Below are positions 42,041-56,751 of a stretch of 64,000 nucleotides of DNA, in pieces. How positions within the stretch are numbered: position 1 is the stretch's first letter; the number at the start of each line of letters is the position of its first letter. The notes under the pieces were generated by a model that saw only the letters and a program-made list of their open reading frames with translations, did not search any database and was not told the DNA's origin. A program made the translations under genes and the position numbers. The DNA is from the human T2T-CHM13v2.0 reference genome, Homo sapiens: NCBI RefSeq assembly GCF_009914755.1, contig NC_060928.1. The stretch is one strand, 5' to 3'.

Positions 42041-43250
42041 GTGCGCCTAAATGAAAGCAGTGAAAATGGGGATGAGGAGAAACATTCAGAGATGTGTAGG
42101 AGTGAGAATTACAGGTTTTTGATGGTGTTAGGATATGAAGAGTAGGGAAATGGAAGGAGCAGATGACTACTGACAGATTTCTAGCTTGACAGTATTAACT
42201 GTGAGAAAACAGACTAAGAAAAAGAGGTTTCAAAGGGGAAAGATAATAAATTCGATTTGGAACCTGCAGAGTTTAGGTGCCTGAAAGACATCCATGTAGA
42301 AATATCTAGTGAGCAGTTATGAAGATGTGTCCTGAACAGTGGTTTTGAAACTTTTATGACTATGAAACACAGCAACAAGTCCATTTTACATCCGGCCCTA
42401 TATGAAGATATGATTTCATATTTCACAGAACAATACGCCTTTCTTAGTGTGATGTAGTCTGATAGTTTCTGTCTGTGCCATTCATTTTGTTTCATTTTTT
42501 GTGTGTGCTGTAAGCCACTAAATTGAGTTCATGAACTACTAAAAGGGCACAACTCACTCTTTGGAAAACACTGATCTGGAGCATTAAAAAAAAACTCAGA
42601 CTTGGAGAGATTTAGAAGTCATAAATATACAGATGTTAGTTTAAGCTATGGGATATTTTCTAGGGGCTGAGATAAAGATCAAGAAAATTGCCCAGATTAT
42701 TGCTCCATAGAATACCAAGCATTTAAAATTTTTAAAGCTTACAGAGAGAGAGGAAGCAGCAAGAGAGAGTGAGAAACAATAGTACATCCTAATAGTAGAC
42801 TCAGTCAATTAATATTGAGAAACCAAGAAAGGAGAACATTTCAAAGAGGGAATAATCAGCAGTGTCAAATGCCAATAATGCACAATAATTTTTTATCCAG
42901 ACTAAGAAGACAATTTATCATTTAAGCCGTCACTGATGATAAGTGAAAAAGCAATTTCAGTAGTGTTCTGGGGGAGAATAGGTTGCAATGGGTGGGAAAA
43001 ATGAATCGGAAGTGAGGAAAGTGAGGCAAAGAAGTTAGACTGCTTTTTCAGAGAGTTTGGCCTTAAAGGGAAAATATATTGATGTGGGTGACAGTCACTA
43101 AGTGAGGCGCAGAAAAAATCCAAGTGAAAACTTTGGAACAGGGTGGTTTGTCAAGGATGCATGTTAAAGACAGAATAATTGTTTGCTGAATTTTTTTGAA
43201 AAAAATAGATGAGAGTGATGAACAGGTGGAAAAACAGTAGGAACAATTAA
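42040..43250 (-). mobile_element. L2 LINE fragments (also 41340-41498)
   Basis: gtttaggtgcctgaaagacatccatgtagaaatatctag...agcaatttcagtagtg...tgaggaaagtgagg. Confidence 0.7.
42337..42573. mobile_element. hAT-Charlie-like MITE nested in L2
   Basis: Terminal inverted repeats cagtggttttgaaa ... tttggaaaacactg. Confidence 0.6.
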
Positions 43251-44445
43251 AATAAGATTACAGCCATTTCAGTTATTTAGCTTAGAAATGGACAGCCTAG
43301 AAACTGATAGCAAGAATCATCTAATAACTGTAGCCCTAGATTAGAAAGATGAAAAAGTAGTCTGTTGTATATATATATGAATACATAAATGTATGTACAT
43401 ATGTACACAATATGTATTTTATTAATTACTGTATATAATATTTCTTAGGTGTAAATTAGTTTGGAGAGACTTAATATCAACCTCCTTAAGCAGAAGGATG
43501 AGGTTTAATGTAAGGAGAGGAGACTTCTGTAATACATATTTTTAATACATATTTTGGATGATTTAGAATCAGTCACCTAAGAGAAATGGAATAAATTACT
43601 ACTGTAAGTTATTTACAATTCTATGAGTTTGTGATGTCTGTGATACAGTAAAAGTCTAATACCCATTTAAAAGGTTTAAATAGAATCTGCTACATAAACT
43701 TTTCACATTTTACATTAGAAAACCTTGTGATTCCACACACAGCTCTAAGAAGCAGCTCTATAATGACCACATTTTCACCCTACATTAATCTGCAATTTCA
43801 AGTCATAGCGTGGTTATGCTACAGCAAAAAGTTTATTGTTGAGTCCAGGAGAAGAGCATGTCAATGCAAAAGTCTTAACATGATGCTATTTTATCACAAA
43901 TTTAACCATGCCATTGGTCAGCTGTGACCCTAGGCAGAGAGTTGACTAAAAATCCCCACATAATTTGTTGTGGGAGAATGCAGTGGTTAATTAATGTGAG
44001 TGAGTAGAAATAGCACTGGACTGTGAGTTAGGAACTATTCATTCTGCAAAACATCAAATAAGTCAATCTCATCTTTAAATTGAATGGGAAATACCTGTAC
44101 TTCTATCTCACAGGCTTTTGATTATTATTCAATGAGATAATGAGTGTCGAAATCCTTTAAAAAGTTAACAAATGTATAAACGTAAGTTGGTAGTATTGTG
44201 GTTGTCATGGTTATATCTACTGAAAGCACTACTCTCAGATTTGCTTAAAACAGAAAGTTCCAGGGTGCTTTGGCTAAATCCCAATGGTACTTTTATAATG
44301 CCTTTATTAGTTCCCTACCTCACGGCCAAACACTTTTTATTAGGGTTCTTTTTCAAAGTTATTACGAATTTTTTTTAGAGTTGGCTGTACTTTCCCATTA
44401 TTTCATAAAGTCTGTAACGTGTAAGCAGATGAATTATGCCTGTAA

Positions 44446-44916
<471 letters not shown>

Positions 44917-45107
44917 TTAGATTTTCAACAGAAAAAAAGATAAAGGAATAGAAACTCTGCATTTTGAAAGAACTTCTTTCATCACTTTTACTATGGAGCC
45001 AGAAGCAAAGATATGTCCAAACCCAGCCGAGAATATAAAAAACATAGTTGGAGACGCTTATGGAAACGGCCAAAACCATAATCTAAAAGTAGGGAAAAGG
45101 CTTCTGA

Positions 45108-45569
<462 letters not shown>

Positions 45570-46074
45570 CTAGGAGAAGAGATTGAAGTTTAGCCAATTT
45601 TTATACCTTATTTGCATACCTATACTTAACATTCATCTTCAATTATTTCAAAATAATGTGTTGCAAATACTCATAGTACACTGAAAAAGCTGTAATTCTA
45701 CTAATGCATATAAAACAAATTTAGAAGTATATAACCATGAGTGAAACCACACGTTAATCTACCTGGAAACAAATACAAATAGTCCCCTACATGTCCAAAC
45801 AGTGCTGCCTCTGCTTGCTTCACCAACACCACTACTTGATGAAGACTCCCTAGATCCTCTTTTTCTTGATCTTTTTCCTTCTCTTTTCTTTTTCTTGTTC
45901 TTTTTGTTTCTGAAGCCTTGGAAGCCTTCAATTCATATTCATAGGAGTCTACTGTGTTCATGGTGCCTGGGACCTCATAGTAATAAAAGTCTTTGGGAAT
46001 CTTATTGGAATCAGGTACACCCTGGAAACACTCAAATCATCAGGAAACACCAGACAGTATAATAGAAGGTGACT

Positions 46075-46678
46075 GTGATAGGCAGAATTCCAAGATGGCC
46101 CCCAAGATTCCCACCCCTGGGTGTGCCCATTCTGTATGAATCTGTGACTGTGAGTGGGATCTGTGAATATGATGGAATATCACTCCAGTGAGTATCTTAT
46201 GTTATATGGGAAAGGGGTTTGTAAGCATAATTAAGGTCCCTAATCAGTTGACTCTGCATTCATCTAGTGGGAGATCATCTTGGGTGGGCCAGACCTAATT
46301 GAAAGAGCCCTTAAAAAAGATAAGAAGCAGCAGCAGATGCTTTCCAGTTAGCCTAAAAAAAAAAAATAGCAAACTGCTGTGCTATGAAGCTGCTGTTAGA
46401 GAGAGGTGGCCTCTAGGGCCTGAGGGCCTCAGTCCCATAGCTGCAAGGAAGTGAGTTCTGCCAACGACCTGGATGAATTGCAAGGAAATCCCCAAACTCT
46501 AGATGAGAACTGCAGCTCAGCTGACACCTTGATTTCAACCTGGTAAGATCCTGAATAGAGGACCAGTAACTCAGACCTGGACCTTCCTGACCCCTGCAAA
46601 CTGTAAGATCATAAATTTGTTGTTCTAACTGGCTAAGATTAAATGGTAATTTGTTACTTAGCAATAAAAAATTAATAT
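46075..46678 (+). mobile_element. MLT1E/F-like MaLR solo LTR
   Basis: tgtgataggcagaattccaagatggcccccaagattccc...gctgacaccttgatt...ggtaatttgttacttagcaata. Confidence 0.88.
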
Positions 46679-46884
46679 AGCTACACAGAGAATAAAATCA
46701 AAGAGTACCTGAGAATCCCAAACCTATTAAGGAAAACAACTAATAATAACTTATTTATTTAGTACCTGCTGTGTACGGGGCATATACTGGAAGTTTTTTC
46801 TAATTCTCACTGCAGGTTTTATGAACAAAACTAAGACTCAGTAAAATGTTGAAACTTACCCAAGTTCCTTCCCAGTCCACCCAT

Positions 46885-47193
46885 TACACTGTCCAGTGTG
46901 GTAACCAGTAGCCAATGTAGCCATCAAGCACTTGCATAGTGTCCAAGCTGAATTGAGATGAACTGCAAGTGTGAAATAAACACTGCATTTTGAAGCTTTA
47001 GTGCCAAAAAAAAAATGTAAAATATGTCAATTATTGTTATGTATTGATTCCATGCTAAAATTAATATTTTGGATCTCTCATATTAAGTAAACTGCATTAT
47101 TCAAATTAATTTCACCTGCTTTTAAAAACTTTTAAATGTGGGTATTAAAAAGTTACGATTATGTGTGTGGTTCATTTATATCTCTGTTGGAAA
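46885..47193. mobile_element. MER33-like hAT MITE, next to a MIR fragment (46740-46870)
   Basis: ctgtccagtgtggtaaccagtagcca...tgaattgagatg...aattaatttcacctg...tctgttgga. Confidence 0.75.
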
Positions 47194-47630
47194 GAGAAGA
47201 ATTTGAAAAACAAGAAAGAAAATGAAACTCACATCCCACTACTCAGAAATAACCATTGTTAATATTTTCATATACTCCCGTTCTGTTATTTTTAAGGTAG
47301 AAATTTTTCTTTCCCTCTCCACAGTTTATTTCAGTATCTCAGGAAACATTTGTAGGGGCAAGAGAAAGCAACCCCAGGAAAGCTTAAAATGCTTGCCTGA
47401 GACGTTACATTTGTTAAGTGAAGGAGCTGAAATCCAATCCCATGTCTTTCTGAGAATTCCACTTCTATTTGCTTCCAAGACCTGTGCTCTTTCTGCTGTA
47501 GCACAGTACATCTCTTCAAAAACCTTTACAAGAAAAATTAAAAGATGACTTACAGTATTACGTAATCCAAAGTATTGAGCAGAAAAGAAAACTCATCAGG
47601 GCCTGAAGTTTTACATTTTTATGGATAGTT

Positions 47631-47800
47631 TTATTTGGGAAGGAAATATTTCTATATTTCAGAATTTCTAACGGAATTTCTAAACATTGGTGACTACTTA
47701 TGTTTATACAGTTGTTGTATTTGGGAAAAAACCTCTGTATTTCAAAATTTCTAAGTGAATGGCTAAACATTGGTGACTACCAATGTTTATAGGATTGTTT
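47631..47800 (+). repeat. Tandem duplication, about 85-bp period
   Basis: tatttggga...tatttca.aatttctaa..gaat..ctaaacattggtgactac..atgtttata occurs twice. Confidence 0.88.
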
Positions 47801-47939
47801 GTAATTTTTTTCCTAAAATTTATTGAAGAGGTATAGGTGGGCAGGGGATGCTGGATATAGTTAATGTTGGCTGTTAATGCTAGCAATTATTAATAGGTAT
47901 GTATAGAATTAAGCAAATAATTGCTTTAGAGATAATTTT

Positions 47940-48170
47940 TTAAAAATGAAATTTGAAGGAAAAGAAAGATACAGATAGGAAGGAAGAACGAAAATTGTCT
48001 TCGTTTGCAGACTACATGATCTTGTCTTAGAAAATCTTAAGGAATCTTTAAAAAAAAATTTCTGGTTGAGCAAGGTCATAAGATACAAGACCAGTATAAA
48101 AAAATCAATTGTATTTCTACATTGTAGCAACAAACAGTCTGAAAACAAAATTAAGAAAGTAGTCAATCAA
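47940..48170 (+). mobile_element. L1 ORF2 (RT) fragment
   Basis: aaattgtcttcgtttgcagactacatgatc reads KLSSFADYMI, a decayed KLSLFADDMI; aaaaatcaattgtatttcta follows. Confidence 0.85.
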
Positions 48171-48898
48171 TAGTAAATCTAGTCTCTGCATTAGCAGGTT
48201 CATTTCCACCAGAGGCAAATAGAATCCTTGGTGTCTAGACAAGCCCATAGATGTGTATGTATTTAGGGTGTTTGGTCTCAACTTCAAAGATTTCATATTG
48301 CTTTTGTTTCAGAATATATATTAGTAAGTTTTGAGCACTCATTTCTGAATTTTACTGAAAGTATCTCGTTTCACATATTAGCTTTTTCAAAAAGCAGATA
48401 CAAAAGAGTTTTGCATTAAATTATTCCTGCTAAGTGTATGAGCTGGCACAACAGCTTGGCTGCTGCTTTTATGGTACAACAGATGTTGGCATTTCAAAAT
48501 AAACATAAACTTTTTTCCCTAGAAGTAAATTTCCTTCTTTATAAATTAGTTCTGGACAAGTTAGTATAGGCTTGTATCTTCTAGAGAGTTTGTGATTTAT
48601 TAGTTTTATAACAAAATGGCTTAAAAGAAAAATAATTATAGTACCATATGAAATTCATACATCAGCTCTTTCCTTCTCTCATGGGCCATAGTTCTAATTA
48701 TTTTTTCTAATGGTAATTGATAACCAGGTGAATTCCCTTGCCGTTGCAGCTTTATAGAATTTTTTTGCTCTTAGCTTTCTTGGGAATAATAGAAAATCTC
48801 CAAGTTCAAATATATGTCAGACTGATGTGCTCCTTCTGTACATAGATAATAACTTTATTCAGAAGCCTGTTAAAGATGGCTTTCATTTTTTATTTCAG

Positions 48899-48913
48899 AT
48901 TTGCATCAGAAAG
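48899..48913 (+). other. Candidate 15-nt microexon
   Basis: tttcattttttatttcag|ATTTGCATCAGAAAG|gtaatg. Confidence 0.3.
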
Positions 48914-49339
48914 GTAATGACAGCTCATTAGCCCTTGAAGCATCTAAAACTTAGAAAATATATTTCACAATTCAAGGTTAAATGGGTCATCATCAGTTAT
49001 GAAAGGAAGTATCATGCACTCTGTAGAATGTTTCACATATTTCAAAGTGTTATCTTTACAGGGAAACACGTCACCATTCTTCTTCAGAGAAGCAACTTGA
49101 TGATAGGAAGATCTATCCCATCTTATCCTTTCATATATTTATCAAGATTTGGCTATGTAGACTTTTCCTGAGGGAAGTCTCACACTGACTTTAGTAGTTG
49201 TCTTTGGTACTAAAACATTAGATGAAAAGGATTGTACAGTTATAAATTATCATGCTTTGTTTGTGCTTTTGGAACAATGCTTTTTCATACTGCTATATTT
49301 GCATGTAGAGTTTTAATTAAGAGATAACTGTCTCCACAG

Positions 49340-49400
49340 GTTGGCTGCAGAAGGCTGCAATCTCCAGCAGGGAGATAAATGCCAGTGCCAAGTCATACAG
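49340..49400 (+). other. Candidate 61-nt exon
   Basis: taactgtctccacag|...CAG|gttggg. Confidence 0.25.
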
Positions 49401-49884
49401 GTTGGGTAGCAAATGGGGGGGTCGCTAAGATAAAATGGGCTTGAAATTAAAAGCATGAGAGTCACTTCTTTGTACTTTAATGAAAAGTATAAAATATTTT
49501 TGATGTATTCATTTATTTTTAAATAATTCCCTATTTTTAATACGTTTCAAGAGTATCCTGAATGTTGCTGCCTCAGTAGGATATTTTTAAAAAATTTCAG
49601 CATATGGCTTATTTTTCTAAGCAATTATTATTTAACTCTCAACCAGGAACGTTATAGTCCATGACAGTTTTTTTCCTTGTTTTTCCCTGATTCGTTAGAG
49701 TCAAGATTCTCTTCCCATGTTCACAAACGAATTTTTCTTACAAGTGACCTAGATCAAACAGAAAATAGTCTTTATTGACTCTAGAAAAATCATTCAGAAA
49801 AGAGACTTATATGACGTTCTAACTCAGATTGGCTCTTAAGAACTAGTGGCTAGGAATGTTTCATACAGGAAGAGAAAAAAATTT

Positions 49885-51062
49885 AAACATTTTTTATTGA
49901 TAGAGCTGTACGTGTTTTTAAGTACATGTGATATTTTGATGCATGTGTACAATGTGTAAATGATCTAATCAGGGTAATTGGGATATCCAGCACCTTAAAC
50001 ATTAATTTTTTTCTTTGTGTTGGGAACATTATAATTCTTCTCTTCTAGCTATTTTGGAATATACAGTAAATTATTATTAACTATCATTTCCCCATTGTAC
50101 TATCAAATATAGAACTTAATCCTCCTGTCTCACTGTATTTTCGTGTCCATCAACCAAATTATCTTGGTCTTTTTCTCCGGCTTTCCCTTTGCAGCCACTG
50201 GCAACTGCCATTCTCCCCTCTACCTCCATGAGATCCACTTTTCTCAGTCCCACGTATGAATGAGAACATGAACTATGTGTCTTCCCGTGCCTGGCTTATT
50301 TCATTTCACACAATGACCTCCACCTCCATCCATGTTGTTGCAAATGACAGGATTTCATTCTTATGGCTGAGTAATATTCCACTGTGTATATATACCACGT
50401 TTTCTTTCTTTTTTAAAAAATTTATTTGTTTTAAATTTTACTTTAAGTTCTAGGATACATGTGTAGAACATGCAGGTTGGTTACATAGGTTACGTAGGTA
50501 GACATCTGCCGTGGTGTATACCACATTGTCTTTATCCACTTATCTGTTGATGGACAATTAGGTTAATTCCAAATCTTGGCTCTCGTGAATAATTCTGTAG
50601 TACACGTGGGAGTACAGATATGTCTGACATACTGACTCCTCTTGGATATCCAGCAGAGGGATTGCTGGATCATATGGTAGTTCTATTTTTAGTTTTTTGA
50701 GGAACCTTCCTACTGTTTTCCATAACGGCTGCACTACTTTACATTCCTACCAACAGTGTGTGAGCATTTCCCTTCCTTCGCATCCTCACCAGAATTTTTT
50801 GTTTTTTTGTCTTTTTGGTATAACAGCCATTTTCATGGGTGAGATGGTCTCTTTGGGGTTTTCATTTGTATTTTCCTGATGCTTCATGATGTTGAGCATT
50901 TTTTTATATACATGTTGGCCATCTGTCTCTCTTGAGAAATGTCTGTTCAGGCCGTTTGTCCATTTTTAAATTGAATAATTTGGCGGGTTTTGTTTTTTGT
51001 TTTTGTGTGTGTGTGTGTGGTTTTGTTGTTGTTGTTGTTGTTGTTGTTGTTTTGCTGTTGAG
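49885..51062 (-). mobile_element. L1MA-like 3' end, antisense, with a nested short L1P 3' fragment at about 50400-50512
   Basis: aatcagggtaattgggatatcc...ccatccatgttgttgcaaatgacaggatttcattc...gggattgctggatcatatggtagttctattttt; nested tttaagttctaggatacatgtgtagaacatgcagg. Confidence 0.9.
51004..51052. repeat. (TG)n plus (GTT)n compound microsatellite
   Basis: Read directly. Confidence 0.9.
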
Positions 51063-52146
51063 TAGGCACATGTTAAGTAATGCTTAATTGAGACCTCCAC
51101 TTCCAGTCCAGACACAGTTCATAGACCAAAGGGAGAATGCTGTTGCCACCAAGGCTGTACTTCTGATCAAGACTCACTGTTTCTCCTTTCTGCTTTTACC
51201 CTGTCAACCAATTAATTATGTCTGCTTTGTCCTCGGTTATGTTAGCCAATTATAACCTTTTTTGGAACATGTAAGGTTCCTTTGTGCATAATGTGATGGG
51301 TAGGGGCAACCTTCCATTCCCTGTTCTCATAGTAAATTAGTGGGTACTGAGAAGAGAAGAGAATTGCTGTATTGTAGTATGACATAGCATAATATAGCAT
51401 AATATAACATGACATGTCATAACATCGTGGAATAATCTACCTTCTCCATTAAGTATTAAAAATTAGAGAAAATGTTATTCCCCAAGAAGAAGCTCTGGGC
51501 AATTTGAAGCTGCTTGTGTTAGTGACAGTATAGGTTCTGATGTCTTTTATTACTGTTTGTTTCTTGGTTGAAGATTTTCTACATATATATCACTTACAGC
51601 ATACCTGGATTGGAAGGGGCAAGATTTGAGTCAACTCCCCTTATTTTCCTATTTAAAAATAATTATTATCGTGAGAGACAAATTGAATAATTGAAGAGAA
51701 TAGAAACAATACATTTTACTTTATTACTTTCTTTTATAATATCATATAAAGATTCTATAGGATATTTACTTTCCTCATATGTATCATAACATACAACAAA
51801 GGAATATAACCAGTTTAGAGGGAAGAATTTTCCGTAGGAAAAAAAAGAGCTAGAAATCTGACATTTCATGCAGTCCCTTTCATATCACTCCTTCCCATTA
51901 CCTCTGTTATTCGTCACTTTCCTGTAACTTGGATGCAGTCATCCTCTTTTTACGTTTAAAGTCCAGTCTATTAGAAGACAATAGTTGCTGAAGTTTATTT
52001 GGAAAAAAGGAAGAACGTGCTCACAACAGGAGAGCAAAAGTCAAATTGTACAATTAATTATTTTGCCAAATACTTGAATGGGTTATCATTTCAAATTGGT
52101 GACATGTCAAAAATCTTGCATTGAGAACCAGTATACCATCTTTTAA

Positions 52147-52527
<381 letters not shown>

Positions 52528-52568
52528 TAAATCCAAACTCAGAGTCATTGCTTTTTAAGACAAGAGGG

Positions 52569-52939
<371 letters not shown>

Positions 52940-53134
52940 TCATAGTCACAGAGGTGGGCCCTAGTGTCCTTGAGTTTAGCATCTGTACCTGCCGATTCCC
53001 TGCCTCTGCCTTGAGTAAGGAACGAATTTAGTAGTCAGGAAATTTATGAAAGAATTGCCCATAGGGCTGTTCCACAAAGTGGACTCCATAGTCTATTAAA
53101 AATATGATCTTAAAAATTAAAAACAAAAACAAGC

Positions 53135-53340
53135 TATAGCAGCTGCTGGTTGCAGACATAAATTTAATCCTCACAGCCATGCTGTTGGATGCATATTATC
53201 TCCAGTTTTACAGATTAGGATCCAGAGACTTGGAGAGGTTAGTTAGGTGATTAACCCAAAGTCATACAGTAATAGTTGCCAAAACATAAAATTCAGCCTA
53301 TCTGACTTCAAAGACCAAACACTTTCCATCACACTATGCT
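53135..53340. mobile_element. MIR SINE
   Basis: tttaatcctcaca...ttttacagat...gagaggtta...cccaaagtcatacag...tctgacttcaaag. Confidence 0.8.
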
Positions 53341-53668
53341 TTCTCTCCTTTATACTTTTCAAAAAATCCATTTCTGATGAAGCAAAGCACATGTATGTGA
53401 CTTACGAATGTAATGCTGCTATAGAGTTGTCCAGAACTGTGTGTATGTACACCCGTCCCTCTGACATCTGCCACGTTTGGGAGTTGTAGTAAGGAATTTC
53501 TGTTGCCCTTCGAGTTCTATTGTCCCCATGTGTATTGATTGCCTGCAGGAGTTTAGTTGTCAAATTACTTGCCTCTTTGTCAGTTAACAGCATTGTTTGC
53601 TTGAGTGGAGTACCATACTCAAAATGAAGCCAGCAAGATTTCCAAATAAAGGAAAGACATTCTGATAA

Positions 53669-54110
<442 letters not shown>

Positions 54111-55532
54111 TACATTTGCCGCTTTCTTATGTATCTCGTAGAGGCAGTCCCTAACTATCCCATTTCAAGTGCACCGCCCCTCTCACTGTCCTGTTGTGAT
54201 TGGTCGTCCCCTCAGTAGTGCTGTACATAGTCTAATCGTATGACATTCCCCTTCTTTTTTCACTTTCCTTTTGCCAAATCAAACACACGACTCTCTCTTC
54301 TTCCTTTAGTGGGACTCTATACCTGACATCGTTGTCAGGTATAGACATGCACTCAAAGTTAAAGGAAATTAAAATGGGAAAAGAAAATAGTGGGAAGGAA
54401 GAATATTACTTTGTTTAGTGTCTGCAACCCTCACTAGAATGTAAACTCCATGAAGGTCGAGCTGTAATTGTGTTTTGTTCACCTCTCAAACAGAGAACAC
54501 ATTTGCTGAATGACCGACTGAATAAATGAATTGCACTAATTTACTGTGGAGCCTCAATAGCTGCTCATTTCTCTTAACTATTTTACTTGCTAACGGATTT
54601 AGCATGGTAGTACATCTTTATTCATTAACATAGACAGGTAGCTACCGTTCTCATGCTGGCTTGTTGAATTGTGTGATGATAGTCCTGAATCTATGTGATG
54701 ATAGTCTTGAGGCTGTATTCACTACTATATGTAATATTATTGGTTACTTGTCTCTCTTTTACCTTCTTGAAACTAATTAGCCCTTTCGCTCCTTTCTGAG
54801 TTCTTTAATTTTTTTTTTTCTGAGCTCCTAATATGGAAATCTGCTGGTATGTATAATACATCTGACAAATGAAATGTGGATAATTATATTGTTTTTCTTT
54901 AGAGATATAATGAGTTGTCTAAAGTATTAGACTTGAAAGCAAATATTTCAATTAAAGAAGTCAAAAGTAGTTAACAATCAAAGGAGGTAATACAGTCAAA
55001 TAAAAAGTTAGGCAACAGCTTCTTAACATACATTTGCTATTTGTTGCCTACCTTATTTCCTCCAATTTTGAAACATACTTTTGTTTTTTAACTTTCTGAA
55101 ATTGGGATGTATTTCCAAAAAGAAACTTGCTTGCTGCCAGGTAAGAGGAATAAATTATGACGCGGTTGTCACCATGGTGCTATACCTAATTACAGATGAT
55201 CAAGTCATTCAGAAGAATCGTTAGACTTTAAATGAAGGAAAGGCTCGTGATTGTGTTACTAAAACAAACCAAAAAAAAGGGTATTTAATTATGTAGATTA
55301 AGGGGAACTATTATCTGTTGGTTTAAAAAAAAAAAACCTAATGATGTACCTGTATGTATACATTAACGTGGCATTTTACCCTGTGTAAGATGTAATTAAA
55401 TGGATGATTAATGATGTTACAATTCATGATCTCACAGATAGAAGAAATATAGTGATCGTGTGAATTTGGATAGGTCACTTAACCTTTCTAAACATTGATT
55501 TTCTCACCTGTGTAAATAAGGAGTTAAGTCAA

Positions 55533-55857
55533 AGTTTGTTTTTTTTGGTTGTTGTTGTTTTTGTTTTTTTTTGTTTTTGAGATGGAGTCTCGCTCTGTCA
55601 CCAGGCTGGAGTACAGCGGCACAATCTCGGCTCACTGCAACCTCTGCCTCCGGGGTTCAAGCAGATCTTCTGCCTCAGCCTCCTGAGTAGCTGGGACTAC
55701 AGGCACATGCTGCCACGCCCGGCTAATTTTTGTATTTTTAGTAGAGACGAAGTTTCACCATGTTGGCCAGGATGGTCTCCATCTCTTGACCTCGTGATCT
55801 GCTGGCCTCAGCCTCCCAAAGTGCTGGGATTACAGGCATGAGCCACCAGGCCCGGTC
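55533..55857 (-). mobile_element. AluS (Sc-like), antisense
   Basis: Full-length antisense Alu. Confidence 0.95.
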
Positions 55858-55950
55858 TAGGCCAGAGATTTTTAAAAATCCTTTCCAACCCTAATATTCT
55901 TGTGTTCTTATGTTGAAAATGAATCTTGAAAACTTAGCAAGATTTTAAAA

Positions 55951-56164
55951 GTTTGTTTTTTTATTTTTTGAGACAGTCTCACTCTGTCGCCAAGGCTGGA
56001 GTGCAGTGTCACGATCTTGGCTCTCGGCAACCTCCTCCTCCTGGGTTCAAGCAGCTCTCCTGCCTCACCCTCCCGAGTAGCTGAGATTATAGACATGCAC
56101 CACCACGTCCAGCTAATTTTTGTATTTTTAGTAGAGACAGGGTTTCACAGTGTCGGCCAGGCTG
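55951..56164 (-). mobile_element. Alu, 5'-truncated, antisense
   Basis: Ends at ggccaggctg within the left arm. Confidence 0.92.
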
Positions 56165-56533
56165 TAAGTTTTAATCACTACTTAAAATCACATTCTCTGT
56201 GGCGCAGGGGTTTCTCCAGTGCCTGCTCCTAGAATCAGTTTAGTAGAGGAAGATATACAAATACTGTATTATAAAACATTTAATGAAATTACAGAATTCT
56301 GAAGAAAAAATAGGCTATTTCTCTGATCTATGTATGTGTTTTAGGGGAAGAGTGATTCTTTTTTATCAGCAAAGACCTTAAACCAAAATCTGAGAACAAA
56401 CAGGAGTCTCATTTATTCATGCAAAAATGCTTCTTTTATTACAACAGTTTATTACGGTAAATTATGCATTAAACAAACCAATTTCGTATTACTATGAATC
56501 ACTCAGTATGGTGAATTTGGATCATTTAAACTG

Positions 56534-56751
56534 CAGGGTTGTCCAGTCTTTTGGCTTCCCTGGGCCACATTGGAAGAATTGCCTTGAGCCGCACATAAGA
56601 GGCACTAACAATAGTAGCCCATAAGTTTTAAAAAATAGCAAAAATATCTCATAATGTTTTAAGAAAGTTTATGAATCTGTGTTGGGCCACATTCACAGCT
56701 GTCCTGGGTTGCATGTGGCCTGCGGCCCAGAGGCCACAGGTTGGACAAGCT
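56534..56751 (+). mobile_element. MER30 hAT MITE
   Basis: cagggttgtccagtcttttggcttccctgggccacattggaagaa...ggttggacaagctg with terminal inverted repeats. Confidence 0.9.

Noticed and set aside
54672-54712. Two GTGATGA motifs and a CTGA suggesting a C/D snoRNA
   Set aside because: It is a 22-bp tandem duplication; the box spacing is too short and there is no terminal stem
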